DNA of 63,987 bases, the filler included, from Intoshia linei (Eukaryota; Animalia; Orthonectida), in NCBI GenBank assembly GCA_001642005.1. It is 8 parts of 8 records of this genome, joined end to end, with 100 filler letters (N's around TTAATTAATTAA, not from the genome) between each part and the next. Parts side by side here need not be neighbours in the genome. Positions count along the whole stretch, not along the records: positions 1 to 29,017 come from LWCA01000395.1; positions 29,118 to 30,542 come from LWCA01002616.1; positions 30,643 to 39,476 come from LWCA01001419.1; 5 more parts are not named here. One strand, given 5' to 3'. How positions within the stretch are numbered: the first letter of the stretch is position 1; the number at the start of each line of letters is the position of its first letter. Under the pieces are notes generated by a model. The model worked only from the letters and a program-made list of their open reading frames with translations. It did not search any database and was not told the DNA's origin. This document shows positions 25,386 through 39,283 of the stretch, piece by piece. Made by a program: the position numbers and the translations under genes.

Positions 25386-26937
25386 ATGACAGAAGAAAAT
25401 GAATATCACGATGAAAATTTGGATGAACCTTATATATGGAAAAAAAAATTTACAAAATCTCAAAATTTATCTGATGAACAGATTAATGCAATTACCAAAA
25501 AAAATATTCAGGATATGAAGGTATAATCTTATAAACTTTACATAATCTGTCCTATTATTTTTATGTAAATATTTTTCATACCTTGGGTAAAATACCCTGT
25601 TAAAATAGAGGTATAGACGATTGGACAACTACGAACTGTCCAATTGTCGAGAGAATACTGTAGTCATTTTAGCTATATTTTACATTCCAATAGTATGAAC
25701 TGGTTAAGAGTAAAATGCGTTTTATGGAGAGAAATCGGGAAAAACAATTTCTAGAAGAACAAAAGGTTACTAGAATTATTTTAAGCATTTTAAATATTAT
25801 AAATTTATCATGCATCTAGGTGAGCCAACAAAATATTCTTGACGATCAATATTATACAGAATGGTCAAAGCATGTAGATAAGGTACATTTGTTTTAAAAT
25901 TATGAAAATTATGAAAAATGTATAGTTTAATTTGGAACAAGAATCTCTAAGATCATCCATTCGTTTTAGTCAAGGCCGAGGTAAATATTTTATTTATTTT
26001 TTACATTTTTTAGCAAAAACAATAGATAAATTTAAATTTTATTTTGAAAATAAAGTCAGTGACGGATTTTGTCCTGTCACATATGTTGAATCGGTATTTT
26101 TTGTTTATTTATTATTAATAATTATCAAAAGCATCACAAAATGGAATATATGATACTTTACATTGTATAGTGTAGATCAGGGGTTCTCAACGGTGGGCTA
26201 ATCGCCCCAAGGGGGATTTTTCTGTTTTATTAAACAAAATACACAATCTAAAAAATTTCTACAAATAATATCTAAAAATAATTAATAAATTATAGATTTG
26301 TCAAAATCTTAACAGTAATACAATTTTCAGATAGTTAATTTATTAATTAATTGATATTTAAGAGTATATGACTTTTTTTATATTTTTGAATATAAAATAT
26401 ACCATTTGTTTTACTCAGCCAATTTTTAAAATAACATACAAAAATATTACAATTTTTTAAACAGAATTATTGGTTCTATGGGTCGATTCTTTAAAAAATT
26501 TTTAAAAAACTAAGGTTGTTTATGAATTATGGAAGCGGCGATTTTAAAAATATGTATGAATTATGGGGTTGGGGGAGCGATTCTAAAAAAGAATGAGAAC
26601 CCCTGGTGTAGATTACCAGGTTTATCAAATATATTTTGGGTACGTGTAATAATGTTTATGGTTGGTAAAGACATTTAAAAACTTTGAGACGTCCCGATTA
26701 AATTGTGATAAATAAATAATATATTAGTAATTTTAAAATAGTGCATTGATTACAACGATTTGAATGAACTGTGTGTTGATATTGAATCTATAATTAATTT
26801 CGAAAAGAATAAATTAACTGAAAATGGAATTTTAAAAATACCGCATAGTGAATTTCAAAAAAATAATGAATTTTGGTTTAATTTAAAGTTGATATGCTCG
26901 AAACAATTAAATGTTTTACAAAAAATTAATTCTCTAG
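25386..26937 (+). CDS. CACTIN: Cactin (spliceosome-associated), 5' exons only, 3' part not seen
   Basis: Spliced DENLDEPYIWKKK..YELVKSKMRFMERNREK..EWSKHVDKFNLEQESLRSSIRFSQGRAKTIDKF..DLNELCVDIESIINFE..EFWFNLKLIC matches the Cactin_mid pattern (W...ED.FHL.QAKLRS.IRI..GRAKPID..; D..DL..DI..Y..LE..FW). Confidence 0.8.
26178..26605. mobile_element. hAT/Buster MITE in a cactin intron
   Basis: TIRs CAGGGGTTCTCA / TGAGAACCCCTG, with a perfect 8-bp TSD GTGTAGAT on both sides. Confidence 0.9.
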
Positions 26938-27335
26938 GTAATGTATTAATATTTTCAAGGTACCTAATGTAGTCACTTTTTATAAATCATTTTTCATTAT
27001 ATTGATCATATGCAGCGTTTCCCATCAGGTGGGTCGTATAATGTGTGTGTGTAGTGGTTAGAGAAATTTTAATCATAATATTAATTATTAATAATAATAA
27101 GAAATATCTTTCGATATTATATAAATATGCTTTTATAAATAACAGGGTCCGGCCCCAGGAAGAATCGAACATACCAAGTGCGAGACCACCAAAAATGAAA
27201 TAAAAATTAAAAATAGGGTATTAAAAAAATCGCAAATATATTAGCTACGTAGTATCATATAACCCTAGCCACCTGTGCAAACCTCTTGAGTTGATATTTT
27301 AAATTTAACACAGAATAGTTATATTTTATTTTATA

Positions 27336-28267
27336 CTAGCTTGACTGTTATGTACTTCGTACAAACAGCTTCCTAGCTCTGCCTAGGGCTGACATTTTTA
27401 TTCTACCAGAAAAATAAATTCACTAAAAATGTTAGTATTCACTATTATAAATCATTTAAAGGAGTGGTTCCAAAATTGTTACATTTGGAACCGTCATATC
27501 ACATTATCTTTTAATTTAAAGATAATTATTCCACGTTAAATTTAGTTTGTTTTGAAAATGATAATTTGAGAATCAATTGGAAAAAATCCCGAAGGAATCA
27601 ATTATATAGATTTCCACCCATATTTATCTATTGGAAATGTGTAGACGTTCAATGAACATTTTTTTTGTAATTGTAGGATCAATATTTACATTTTCAATTT
27701 TTATTTTAATCGAAATATTTGAAAAATATTGGTTGAATACGTTAAAAATTATTTTTCACCGGGAATGCATAGACTTGTGGGGTTAAAATTTATATTTTAA
27801 TCAAATGGAATAAGCTCTATCAGAATAATTTTTTTTGTAATTGTAGGAACATTCATTATTTTAAATTTTTTGTTTTAATAAAATAGTTTTGAAATAAAAA
27901 AAAATGGTAATGTGGGGTTTTGATCGTGAAAATTATTTTTTTTGAGGTTTTTATTTATGATAATGTTGATGATTTTAAAAATTATCTCAGAAATTATGTT
28001 TAAAAAAATTTTAGGACATGTTTTATTTTTAAAACAAAGGGTAATTTGGGGTTATGATCATGAAGGTATGCGTTTATGAGGCTGAGATTAACGACAATGT
28101 TAATGATTTTAAATTGCGTTCCAGAATGTATGTTTTATTAAATTTTTGGGTAGATTGTGGGCTGATTTTTTTGAAACAAAAGGGGAAATTGGGTTTTTTT
28201 AAATCCTGTGACTGTCAATTTTTTCAATAAATGATTACACAGACATTTATTTTTATATAAGTAATGT
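27336..28267 (-). mobile_element. Near full-length non-autonomous Helitron, about 930 bp
   Basis: A|CTAGCTTGACTGTTATGTACTTCGTACAAACAG forms the 3' end and ..TATATAAGTAATG the 5'-type end, with shared internal blocks. Confidence 0.75.
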
Positions 28268-29809
28268 ATTATAGTAAAAAAAATAATTTAATGAATACAA
28301 TGTATGTTTATTATAATTTTTGTACAAATGATAATGCATCTAAATTTTCACCTGAAAAAGTATATATTATTTTTGTATGAAATAAACTAACGGATGGATA
28401 TTTGAGCATTTTATACATTTTGTTTCAGTTTATTTTTTTGGTTTAATGTTCCAAAACTTTCGATTTTTTTTATCATGAATGAATTCATCAATGAATGATA
28501 ATTAGAGCAATTTTTGTTTGTTTCTAATGTTAATACCAACTGAATCTACCGTACCGAAACGTTCCTTTCGTAGCTTTTAAATTAAAGCAATAAAATTTTT
28601 AATAGACCTTAATTTTAATATTCGCATAGGCCTCGAGCATGATTACTACATAATAAATCAACCCATTTTCTCCCAAGCCAATTTTTGAATTTTTTTACCT
28701 CGGATTTTAATAAAATTTAGAATTTTACTAATTGAACTATTTAACTATGTCCTAAAAAATTTAAAAGATTTTTCTTTAGTAGTTACTTAGATATTACATG
28801 TGACCATATGGTCACGTTTGGAGAATATGTGTACAGAAGTGAACTTAAAATATATTTATTTGAATTGAATTTTTGGGATATACATATAAACGAAATATAT
28901 TAATGAAATGAATTTACTTTTATATTAATTAAAACTATAATTTACCTTAATTATTTGGTATGTTATGGTATGAAACATGCTACACATAAACCTACGTCAC
29001 ATTTTGAACATTCAGTGNNNNNNNNNNNNNNNNNNNNNNNNNNNNNNNNNNNNNNNNNNNNTTAATTAATTAANNNNNNNNNNNNNNNNNNNNNNNNNNN
29101 NNNNNNNNNNNNNNNNNATCCAAACGGTGTATCTTTCAAACTTTGAATAATATCGTTAATCATTCTATGTTGAAATATAATTACACATAAATACATATTA
29201 CATACCTTGTAATAAATTGAATGATTTTTATATATTTCAGTGAGATAAAACGAAAATAAACAATAGTAAAAATTAACAAATGTAAATAACACGCAAGAAC
29301 GATAATATAAAATATACATGTTTGTAAAATTGCTATAATCTATCTTAATTATTGAGTAATTTACTCTTCATAGTTGAATTATGAGTGGAATTGAATATAA
29401 CTAAAAAACGATATTTATTCGTTGTATTTCATATATAAATTCAAGACAAATAATAATGAGAACTTTTTATTTATTTACTCGTGCCATTTTGAATTGAAAC
29501 GAGTAGACAATTTCTTATAGAAATTCATGATAAACTTTATCATAAAGTATAACAAACTAATAATAATCTGAACTTTTTATTCATTTACTCGTGCTTACTT
29601 TAAGCCTTAGGTTAAGTTTTATTATTGTCAAGCAATTCTGTACATTACTGGTGTGTAGAAAATTGTCACAAATTCTATAATTTTTATGAAATATACATTT
29701 AATTATAACTATTATTTTATACATTTATTAGTAATAAATTATTACGTTATGCTTTTTATTGATTGTTTATCAGTATTTTAAAGCCAAATCACTGAGTAAT
29801 ATTTTCTCA

Positions 29810-30160
29810 TTTTAATTTAAAAATATTAAAATTAATGGAAGCCATTATGACCATTCAACCTACGTCAACACAAAATGAAAGAAATTTCTCTACTGATCTA
29901 ATTTCGTTACAAAACGTAGACGTGTTTAAAAGACGAATCTTTCAATATTTTGTGTGTTTTGAAACACTTTTTCAACAATCTAAAATAAATAATTTTTTTT
30001 GGTAATTAATATTGTAAATTGCGATCTAGATTCGTGTTATTTTATTAATAAAATTTCTTTTTATTTCTAAAATTAATTAAGTATTCATTATAAATACTTT
30101 TTAGTCGTGTTTCTAAAAAATTAAACTAGGTCAGGAAAATTTTCCGGAGATTCGCGAAAT
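29810..30160 (+). mobile_element. hAT dimerisation-domain relic, sister of 15960-16400
   Basis: EAIMTIQPTSTQNERNFST then frameshifts. The nucleotide match continues into the 3' flank (ATCTAGATTCGTGTTATTT). Confidence 0.75.
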
Positions 30161-30642
30161 ATTTTGTACTATTTTTGTATAAATTTTGATAATTCATAAA
30201 AATGATAATAATTAATAACTATTTAATTTGATATAATTACAACCAAACTACACAATTTAATCCGACTTTTAGTAATTAGTGATGACTCATTACTAACTTA
30301 TTACTCATTACATTACTAATGAGTAGAGTCGACATTTTATAGCACTAAAAATTCGATGATAAGGCTAAATTTTTCATTTTAAATGCTAGAAATTCACGCA
30401 TTTAAATTGCATTTAAGCACTTATGCATTTATGCAAATTTTGCACTAACCAATTTATTTTTTACATAATAAAAATTGTGAGTGCAATGACTAAGTCACTT
30501 TTTGTGATTTAAGTTTATTTTACTTAATTTTATTACTACTCCNNNNNNNNNNNNNNNNNNNNNNNNNNNNNNNNNNNNNNNNNNNNTTAATTAATTAANN
30601 NNNNNNNNNNNNNNNNNNNNNNNNNNNNNNNNNNNNNNNNNN

Positions 30643-31691
30643 AAAAACCTATTTTGTCATTTTCAATGTGATGATATATATTCAGAACCAATTTAAAATA
30701 AATACTTAAAAATACCACTTGTGTATCAATAATTAGTTGAATAATTAATTTTACCATTATTGCAAAGGATTGTAATATAAAAATGATTGATGTTAAAAAT
30801 GTGTCCATACTTTTGGCCTTTTTTCTTGTCAATGTTACTTTTCTTTTTAGCATTTTCAAATTAAGTTAAATTAACTTAGTATCAAAACTTTTATAAATTC
30901 GTTGCCGTAGATATTGTTCAAAATTTTTGGAAAATGAAAATTTGAAATTTAAAAATTGCGTAGCAATGAAAAAAATTCCGAAGGAATGAATTATGCAGAT
31001 TTTCACCCATATGTCTTGACTGGAAATGTGTAGATGTACAATCCACATTTTTTTTGAAATTGTAGGATCAATATTTACATTTTCAATTTTTATTTTAATT
31101 GAAATATTTGAAAAATATTGGTTGATAATATATTAAAAATTATTTTTCACCGGGAATGCGTTGATTTTTGGTGTTCAAATTTTGTATTTATATCAACTGG
31201 AATAAGCTCTATCAGAATTTTAATCCTGTTTTTAAATTTTCGGACCGTTAATTATTTTGAAGTCGTCACTTATTCGGATTGAAATTTTTTATGTGTGTTA
31301 ACCTGATACAATTCTACCACCTGTAAATTTTTTGAAATTCTAGGGTTGTTTTCAAAAAAAAAAGGAATGGAATTTGTGGTTTTGGCCATGATGAAATAAT
31401 TTTTTTAAATTTAAATTTATAATAATGTTTATGATTTTAAAATCTGCATTAGCGTATATATTTGTTTAAATTCTCTAACTCGTTTAATTTTTAAAAAGAG
31501 GGACAACAGGGGTTTTTGACTTTAAGATGTGAAATTGGGAGGTTGAAATTTATCTTATTATACGTTCCGGAAAAAACTGTAATTGAAATGTTATCTTTAA
31601 AAAATTGTAAAACTGGTAGTTATTTCAATAAAGCGTAACACACACAGACACACACAAACAAAAATCGCGTAGCATATTATATAAGTTAGGA
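30643..31691 (-). mobile_element. Helitron family A, long copy running into a gap
   Basis: 5' end ..ATAAGTTAGGA|T, and colinear with the reverse complement of 36886-37812. Confidence 0.8.
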
Positions 31692-31804
31692 TAGGATAAT
31701 TTGTACGGTAATACAGTAATGTAGTTTTATCTAATCAAAAATATAACTCATCTAAGCTATTTTCCAAATTGTTGATGTTGTCGAAAATGATAAATCAATT
31801 TTAG

Positions 31805-32212
31805 AATAGCTACTCCTTCATTATTATCTGTCAATAATACCATTTGTCTAAAGTTTATATACTTTATATCTAAAATGGGAAATGGTGTATTAGATGTAGT
31901 GAAAGTGATATCAGATGATTTCAAAAATGATGAATCAATTGTATCTTTGACAGCAAACAGAATGATATCAAAATGGATTCAAGTCATTATCGATGTCAAT
32001 ATTGAAACCGGGAATAATGTATATTTTAATTTTTTAATTTATGGTATATTTATTATAATAGATTGAGTTTATAGCTAGAAGTGGACATTCATCATATGTA
32101 GCCAATATTGCAATTGATAATATTGTCATTTTTGATAAACCATGTGGTAATTATTTTTGAAATTATAAAAATTAATTGATTTCTAGAACAGTTGTTGGCG
32201 GACATTGAATGA
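31805..32212 (+). CDS. MAM-domain protein, 3' exons
   Basis: Spliced ICLKFIYFISKMGNGVLDVV..KWIQVIIDV../IEFIARSGHSSYVANIAIDNIVIFDKPC/EQLLADIE* matches the MAM C-terminal half (C..F.Y..G.L.V..W..IAID.I..C). AATAAA follows the stop. Confidence 0.7.
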
Positions 32213-32349
32213 AATAAATTTGTCATATAAATAAATTCCTTATTTACAAAGAATTAAAAACATTTTTCGGATGTTGGAATGTTAGCAACATTGAAATAAA
32301 TCTCAAAATGATAATAACAAAGTTATACTTCTAATAAGATTTGTTTCTA

Positions 32350-33177
32350 AACTTTTTAAAAACGGAAAAATGCGTAGCAATGATAAAAAAACCGAAGGAA
32401 TCAATTTATGACATTGAAACCAATATTTTTGTATTTCAAATGTGTGGACGTTCAATTTACATTTTTTTTGAAATTATAGGATGAATATTTACATTTCAAT
32501 TTTTAATTTTAATGTTAAATTTTAAATAATAGTGGTTGATTATAATTTAGTATATAATTATATATTAAAAGTTATTTTTTACCGGGAATACGTAGATTTC
32601 TGGGCTTAAATTTTGTATGTATACCAATTGGAATAAGCTGTATCAGAATAATATTTTTTTATTGTAGAACCGTTAATTACTTGAAATTTTTTGTTAATAA
32701 AATAGTTTCGAAATAAAAAAAATTAATACTACCGTGCTTTTTTGACCATGAAGACGTCACTTTATCAAATTGAAATTTTTTGTGTGTGTTAACTTGATAT
32801 AACTGTAACTGTCATTTTTTTTTAAATTATAGGGCTGTTCTCATTTTTAAAAAAAGGGTAATTTGAGGTTTTGGTCGTGAAGATATAAGATTTTGAAATT
32901 AAAAATTATCATAATATTGATGAATTTAAAACTATTAGAATGTGTATATTTTTAATTATAGGATGGTTTCAATTTAAAATCAATGCACAATTATTGTTTT
33001 TAACCTTGAAGGACTCAATTTCCTAAATTTAAATTTGCGATAAAACATCACTCTGGAAAAACTGTTATAGAAATATGTAATTTGTACACCTTGGCTCCCC
33101 TACCTTTCTTAAATAAACTGGCACAAACAAATAAACAGACACAGATTTTTAACCATTTTAATTTATATAAGTAAGGT
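32350..33177 (-). mobile_element. Helitron subfamily B fragment
   Basis: Shared blocks and ..TATATAAGTAAGG end. Confidence 0.7.
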
Positions 33178-33422
33178 ATCAATTTTTTTCGGGTACACAG
33201 TTTGGGAATCATTGGATTACACATATACATACAAAAACAGTTTTAGAAATTTTTACTTTATATAAGTAATGATTTCTAATGACAAGATATTCCAACGGGA
33301 TAATGATTTTATAAGCATTTCATTAAAACTGGATAAACAGAAAAGGTCATTTATTAACGAAACAAAATTTTATTGACCAAGATTTTGACTATATATTTTA
33401 TTACAATTGATGAATTAGTCAA

Positions 33423-36400
33423 TCAACAATAACCAGGCGTTATCGTTAATGTATCAATGGCTATGTCGCTTAAATATCCATTTCCTCTTGAACCGCGGAT
33501 TACAATCTATTCATTAAAAAATAAATATAATAAGATAATGTAAATACATAAATAACTTGATAAAAAATGTCATTTACAAAATTAGCCAATTTTATACATT
33601 TTGACCTTATATTTACGTAAATATTATTTCTATCAACAAGGATAATGACAAAAAAAGGAATGCGTAATTTTATGTTTTTATGTTAAAATTTTTGATTTTT
33701 GCAATTAGAAATATTTCATATCATGTGAAAGTGGTGATAAAATTGGTTTGTGACTGGTTCCAGTAGATTCATAAAACCTGGTTTCATTTAGGGTTGATAA
33801 AAGTGGAAAGTTTTCTAAACTTGTTAACTGTGAGTAATTATTTTTAAAAAACTGACAATGTGATTTTTTAATTGGGTTGAAACCTTTTTACGATAAATAG
33901 TATGTTGTAAATTACATTTTCGTGTTTTTTAGAAAATTTTATTTGAATTCTTGCTTCATTCCAATATTCCCCTTGATCGTGGGATTTTGTCCATAAATGT
34001 TTATAATGTACTTTGTCGTGAACTTGTGTTAACAGCAATATAGATAATGTTCCAATATTTATGCCATTCATGTTGTAATATATTGAAAAGCAAACGAGAC
34101 CAGTGAACTTGAGTGACGGAATATGAATACTAAACACTGCAGTGTTAAAATGTATAATGTACAATTGGTGATCAATAAAATACAAGTAAATGTAATATAA
34201 ATAGTATGTATGTAGTATTAAAATTGAAAAATAAACTCACAGATACCCTCGGCAATTTTAATAAATTCCTTTTTAATATCTAGTTAATATATATTCTTTT
34301 ATATGGGATAAATTTGAACAAAAACTAGTTTTCTAAAACCTCAAAAAAAATTTTTAAGGGCATTATGACATGGTTTAAATTGAGTAGTCCTGAATTATAT
34401 AATAAAATTTACTCTGCATTTTCATTTAAATTTCTAGGTTTGCTCGTTTCAATGAAAATGTAATATTTTCCTGATTGTGCAAAATTAGGTCCAGTTTTTT
34501 TTGATTTTGTAGATTCACTATTAAGTGTCCAATCAAATTGGTCAATATTATATCCAAATCCAGGTTGAACCATATTACACATGGTAGGATTAAAAGTATC
34601 TTCAAAATGGCATTTCCAGATATTTTGTGCATTGTATAAAGCTAAACCTTTTTAAACAACCAAAAAATTTCTAAAAATTACGTGGACAAAAATTATCAAA
34701 AATAATAGAATCTACTCCGATTGCCCCAAAGTTATTGCCACTAAACACAACTGCATCGAAACCAATCTAAACATTTTTATAATCACATTTTGTGTATATA
34801 CATGCAGTGCCGAATCTACCGTACTCTGAGTCTTTTCGGGGCCTAGCGAAATTTAAAAAATGTAAAAGGGGACCTCATCATTCCAAATTAAGCACTAAAA
34901 AATTATATTCTTAAATGTCATGGCTATTTTAAGTTATAAATTTAAAATATAGACTCAAGAGCCTTGGAGAAGTGATTTTGGCTATATTTGTAACACTACG
35001 CGATTTTGCAAATTTTTTTTTAAAGAGACTCTATTTCATGTTCGGCTCTGTATCTATGATATATAATAATACTGTTTCTTGAAATTTATTAAGATGAATG
35101 ACTCCTGTTGACCATTTATTTTGTAGAGAATTTCCTCTATACGACCATAAAGTAGTCTCCCTATAATTGTCATTTTGGGTAAAAACACGTAACACTCCTA
35201 TATCGGTAAGATTGGTTGTAAACAAAAACCTCAAACAAATTCTTTCGTCTTCCTCTATATCTATACCGTGTTGTTTAGAATGTTCCCATTGTGTCTCAAT
35301 TATATGCCTTTTTGAACGGGTATGAGGAGAATAGGGTATGATTACATTTAATTTCGATAATTTATAATATTTTTTCGATGTATTATCTCTTTCATTATTG
35401 TTGGAAGTATATGGTTTATAATAAAATTCTTTTTCATTATAATCTCGATGGTGTGGATAATTATTATAATTATGAAATTGATTTATGTGCGGATATTGAT
35501 TGTGATCGTTATAATTGCCATAATTGTTATAATTTCCATAATCTTGATAATTTTCGTGCCCATGAGATTGATGATGATGATGTTTGGTATCATAGAAATC
35601 ATAATCTTGTAAATGATGAAAAAATAATTCATGTTTATTGTTTTTTGCACGATTATGATGATGACCATGATGATAATCATCATCTTGGTTAATATTCCAC
35701 CCATGAAGTTTCTTATAGTCGACAAGATCCACATAAAACCTAAAATGTAATTATCTACATTTTTATCCTATTATTTAAGTGCTTAAAAATAGTTAAAATT
35801 CTTAATTCTTTAAAAATAGGATACTTTGTGGTTTTCACCATGAAGGTATGTATTTCTGAGGCTGATATTTACGACAATGTTAATGGTTTTAAAACACGTG
35901 TCAGAATTTGTTTTATTAAAATTTTGGGCTGATCTTATTTTTAAACAAAAAGAAAAATTGGGTTTTTGACACTGAAAAATAGATATAAACATCCCTGAGA
36001 ATAACAGTATTAGAAATTAGGTTTTTTTAAAATTATACACACTCACAGACATTCGATTTTAAAAAAGTAAATAATATAAATGGAAAAAAGATATTAATAT
36101 AAATTAGATGCCATTAATTAGAAATAGTCACTATCATGGCTAAAATATCATTTTTCACTTTTTTATTTCTCTAAATAATTTAACTATAAAATTTTTCATG
36201 TACCCAAAAAACTGCTGTAGACCCCTGGGGTCCACATGAACTCCGTTTAGAATGGTTGATATATAGTATTAAAAGTAGTATAGTATATTATTCACCTTGA
36301 AGTATAATTAATTGGTTTATCGACAATTGGCTGACATTGAGTTATAATGAAATAATAATTTTGATTCGGCATAATCACATTTTTATTATTTAAATTATCA

Positions 36401-38586
36401 AATTTAGCTATTTTCCAGTTACAGAATGAATTTAAAATGTGAGAATATGGATTGGCATAATTTGTCGGTTTAAATAAGTTTACTCGACACATCTTGTCTC
36501 TTAAACTTCTCTTGTTTTGTTTAAATCTTGGTTCAAAATTACATGGTATATTTTTGTTCAACAGATTAATGTTATTTTCGTGATTATATAATACAGAATC
36601 TTCTAAAAAAATTAACAGTGTCGTCTTATACATTTTTGAAAAAATTTATTTTTACCTTTTTCTTCAACAGAGCATTTATCACAACACGAACCTCTATAAC
36701 AATTAAAATTAATTTTATAAATTATTTACCCTTCTTTGTCATTTTCGTCCCCATTATTACCTTCATTTACTAATAATTAGACTATTATAAAATATAATAT
36801 TAAAATTGCGATTACATAGATTTTACATCTCATATCCTAGCGACTAGGATATTTTTATCTATATCTTAATGTTTATAACATATCATCCTTACTTATATAA
36901 TTATATACGTATTATAATATTATAATATGCTTTGTTTGTCAGTGTTTGTGTGTTATAGTTTATTTCAATAACTACCAGTCTTAGAATTTTATAAAGACAA
37001 CATTTCAATTACATCTTTTTCCGGGGGACTTAGCAAAATAAATTTCAACCTCCAAAACTCACATCTTAAGGGTCAAAAAGCCCAATTGTTTTTTTTTTTA
37101 AAAATCAAACGAATTCGAGAGTTTAAAAAAATATACACTCTGATACGAATTATAAAATTATAATATAATCATAAATTTAAATTTCAAAAAAATATATCTT
37201 GAGGGTTAAAACCATAAATTACCCCTTTTTTTTAATGAAAACAGTCCTATAATTTAAAAAAATTTACAGGTGGTATAGTTGTATCCTATTAACACACACA
37301 AAAAAATTCAATATGAGTAAGTGATGCCTTCACTGTCAAAAAAGTATTTTAGTATTCATTTATTTTTTTTCCGAAATATTTTATTAAAACATAAAATGTG
37401 AAATAATTAAATGTCCAAAAAATTAAAAAAAAATTATTCTGATAGAGCTTATTCCAGTTGATATAAATACAAAATTTCAACTCCAGAAATCTATGCATTC
37501 CAGGTGACAAATAATTTTTAATATATTATCAACCAATATTTTTTAAATATTTCGATTAAAATAAAATTTGAAAATGTAAATATTCATCCTACAATTTCAA
37601 AAAAATGTACATTGAACGTCTACACATTTACAATAAAGAAATATGGGTGAAAATCTATATAATTCATTCCTTCGGAATTTTTTTCATTGTTACGCAATTT
37701 TTAAATCTCAAATTATCATTTTCAAAACATTTTGTTTAAAATTTATATTAAAACTACAACAACGAATTACTAAAAGTAATACAATTTGTTATTATCATTT
37801 TTATATTTAATATAGATTAGTATTATTTAATATTATAGATATATAATATATTTTTTCAGAGTTACCTGTTGAAATAAAAATATTTTCCCCACTATACGAA
37901 TATTTTTTCTAACATAACCTATTAATCTACAATGGTTGAACCTGTTATATCGTTTACCCTAGCTCTCTCTCCAAAGGTATGTATTATATATTTTGATTAT
38001 TAGTATATACCAGTGATTATCAACCAGTGGCCAGCCCAATATTTGTAATTATTTTGTAATCATTTTTAAATGTTTTGTATTTGTTTAAAAGAATTTTTGG
38101 TTCATAAATTTTCCAACAATGAAATAAAATTTACATCCTACTGAAAAAAAGGTTGAGAAATCCTGGTATATACTATTAAATATATTACTGATTTTATAAA
38201 ACAGTTCAAGTTTGTCAGTTGGTATCAGTACATACTTTCCATCATGTTCATATGGTTGGAAATCGATAATATAATTATAATTGCCAGAATTTGAATCATT
38301 ATCGGTGATTTCATCGATATTGTCTTCATATGGGTAATTTAGTCTAACATTGTTGACGTTATTTAAAAAAGATCGATTATTTTCATGATTAATGTCTTTT
38401 TCTTTATTATTAGAATTATCTTTACTCTCCCAATATCGGTATTTATCATCTGACCAATTATCTTTAGGTAATGCCATTTTTCTGATTAACATATCTGATG
38501 TGTTATTATATATGGGTGCCGAAGGTTTTAATTCGAGATAAATGAACGGTTTAGTTTCGTTTTTCTTTATTTTAATTGATTCGTCT
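33423..38586 (-). CDS. Protein with two MAM domains and a His/Asn/Tyr-rich insert, 5' extent uncertain
   Basis: Exons give IPCNFE..FCNW (36600-36296), the His-rich insert plus ICLRFLF..IGVLRV..LWS..NKW (35740-35070), IGFDAVVFSGNNFGAIGVDSI..CP, WKCHFED..FDWTLNS..KTGP..YIFIETS, VCFSIYYNMNGINIGTL..LW..QGEYWNEARI and GSRGNGYLSDIAIDTL..C*. Linkage of the 38586-38133 exon is tentative. Confidence 0.75.
36886..37812 (+). mobile_element. Helitron family A, 5' portion of about 930 bp
   Basis: Starts A^TCCTTACTTATATA and overlaps in sequence with the 3' half at 53410-54148. Confidence 0.8.
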
Positions 38587-38813
38587 ATATGTTTTTGGAT
38601 ATTAAATTAAAAAAAATTTTTTAAATTTATTTTTTTTCACGAACGTTTTATATTTCATGTTTTCTTTAGGTTCCAAAAAATGTATATTTTAAAATGGGGT
38701 CCGTACACTATTTTAATCGGAAACCACCTTTTAGAAGGATCAGGTAAAAAGAATTAATAATTTCATAAGTTGAACCAAATCTTTATAAATTTAAATTTTT
38801 TATACAGTAAAAT

Positions 38814-39283
38814 CAGCGGTTCTCAAATGGGGGTATTGGTACCCCCTAGGGGTACCATAAAGTATAAAGATTGGGTAAAATCGTGTTTTTAAAAAAATAT
38901 AGGAAAATGGGATTAGTGATTTTGATTAACAAGTTGTTCTTCATAAGATTTAGTAGAATGGAATTTTTCAAACATATATTAAAAAAAATGAATGGTAAAA
39001 TTGGATTTGTCAACATAATAGCTGTAAAATTCGGTTTTTCTCTGTGTATTTTGAAATGGTATTTTTATTAAATTTTATTAATGGTAGGATAAAAATGGAA
39101 TTTATGGTCATCTAAGCTTTGGGATAAATTCCCAACATCTGGCATCTCTGTAATAATATTAAAAATTTTATAAAAATATTTCAAAAATTGCTAAACATTT
39201 TTTATATTTTATTTGAATCCTATGAACCAACAGGCATATATTTTTGAACCACGGGGTCCAGAAACCCCAATCATAAACCACTG
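38814..39283. mobile_element. hAT/Buster-type MITE
   Basis: CAGCGGTTCTCAAA..GGTACCCCTAGGGGTAC start and ..GGGGTCC..AAACCACTG end. The TSD is not clean. Confidence 0.55.

Noticed and set aside
35378-35734. Overlapping ORFs 35378-35692 (+) and 35483-35734 (-)
   Set aside because: They are alternative frames of the low-complexity His/Asn/Asp codon tract. Only the 35031-35732 frame runs into MAM motifs.
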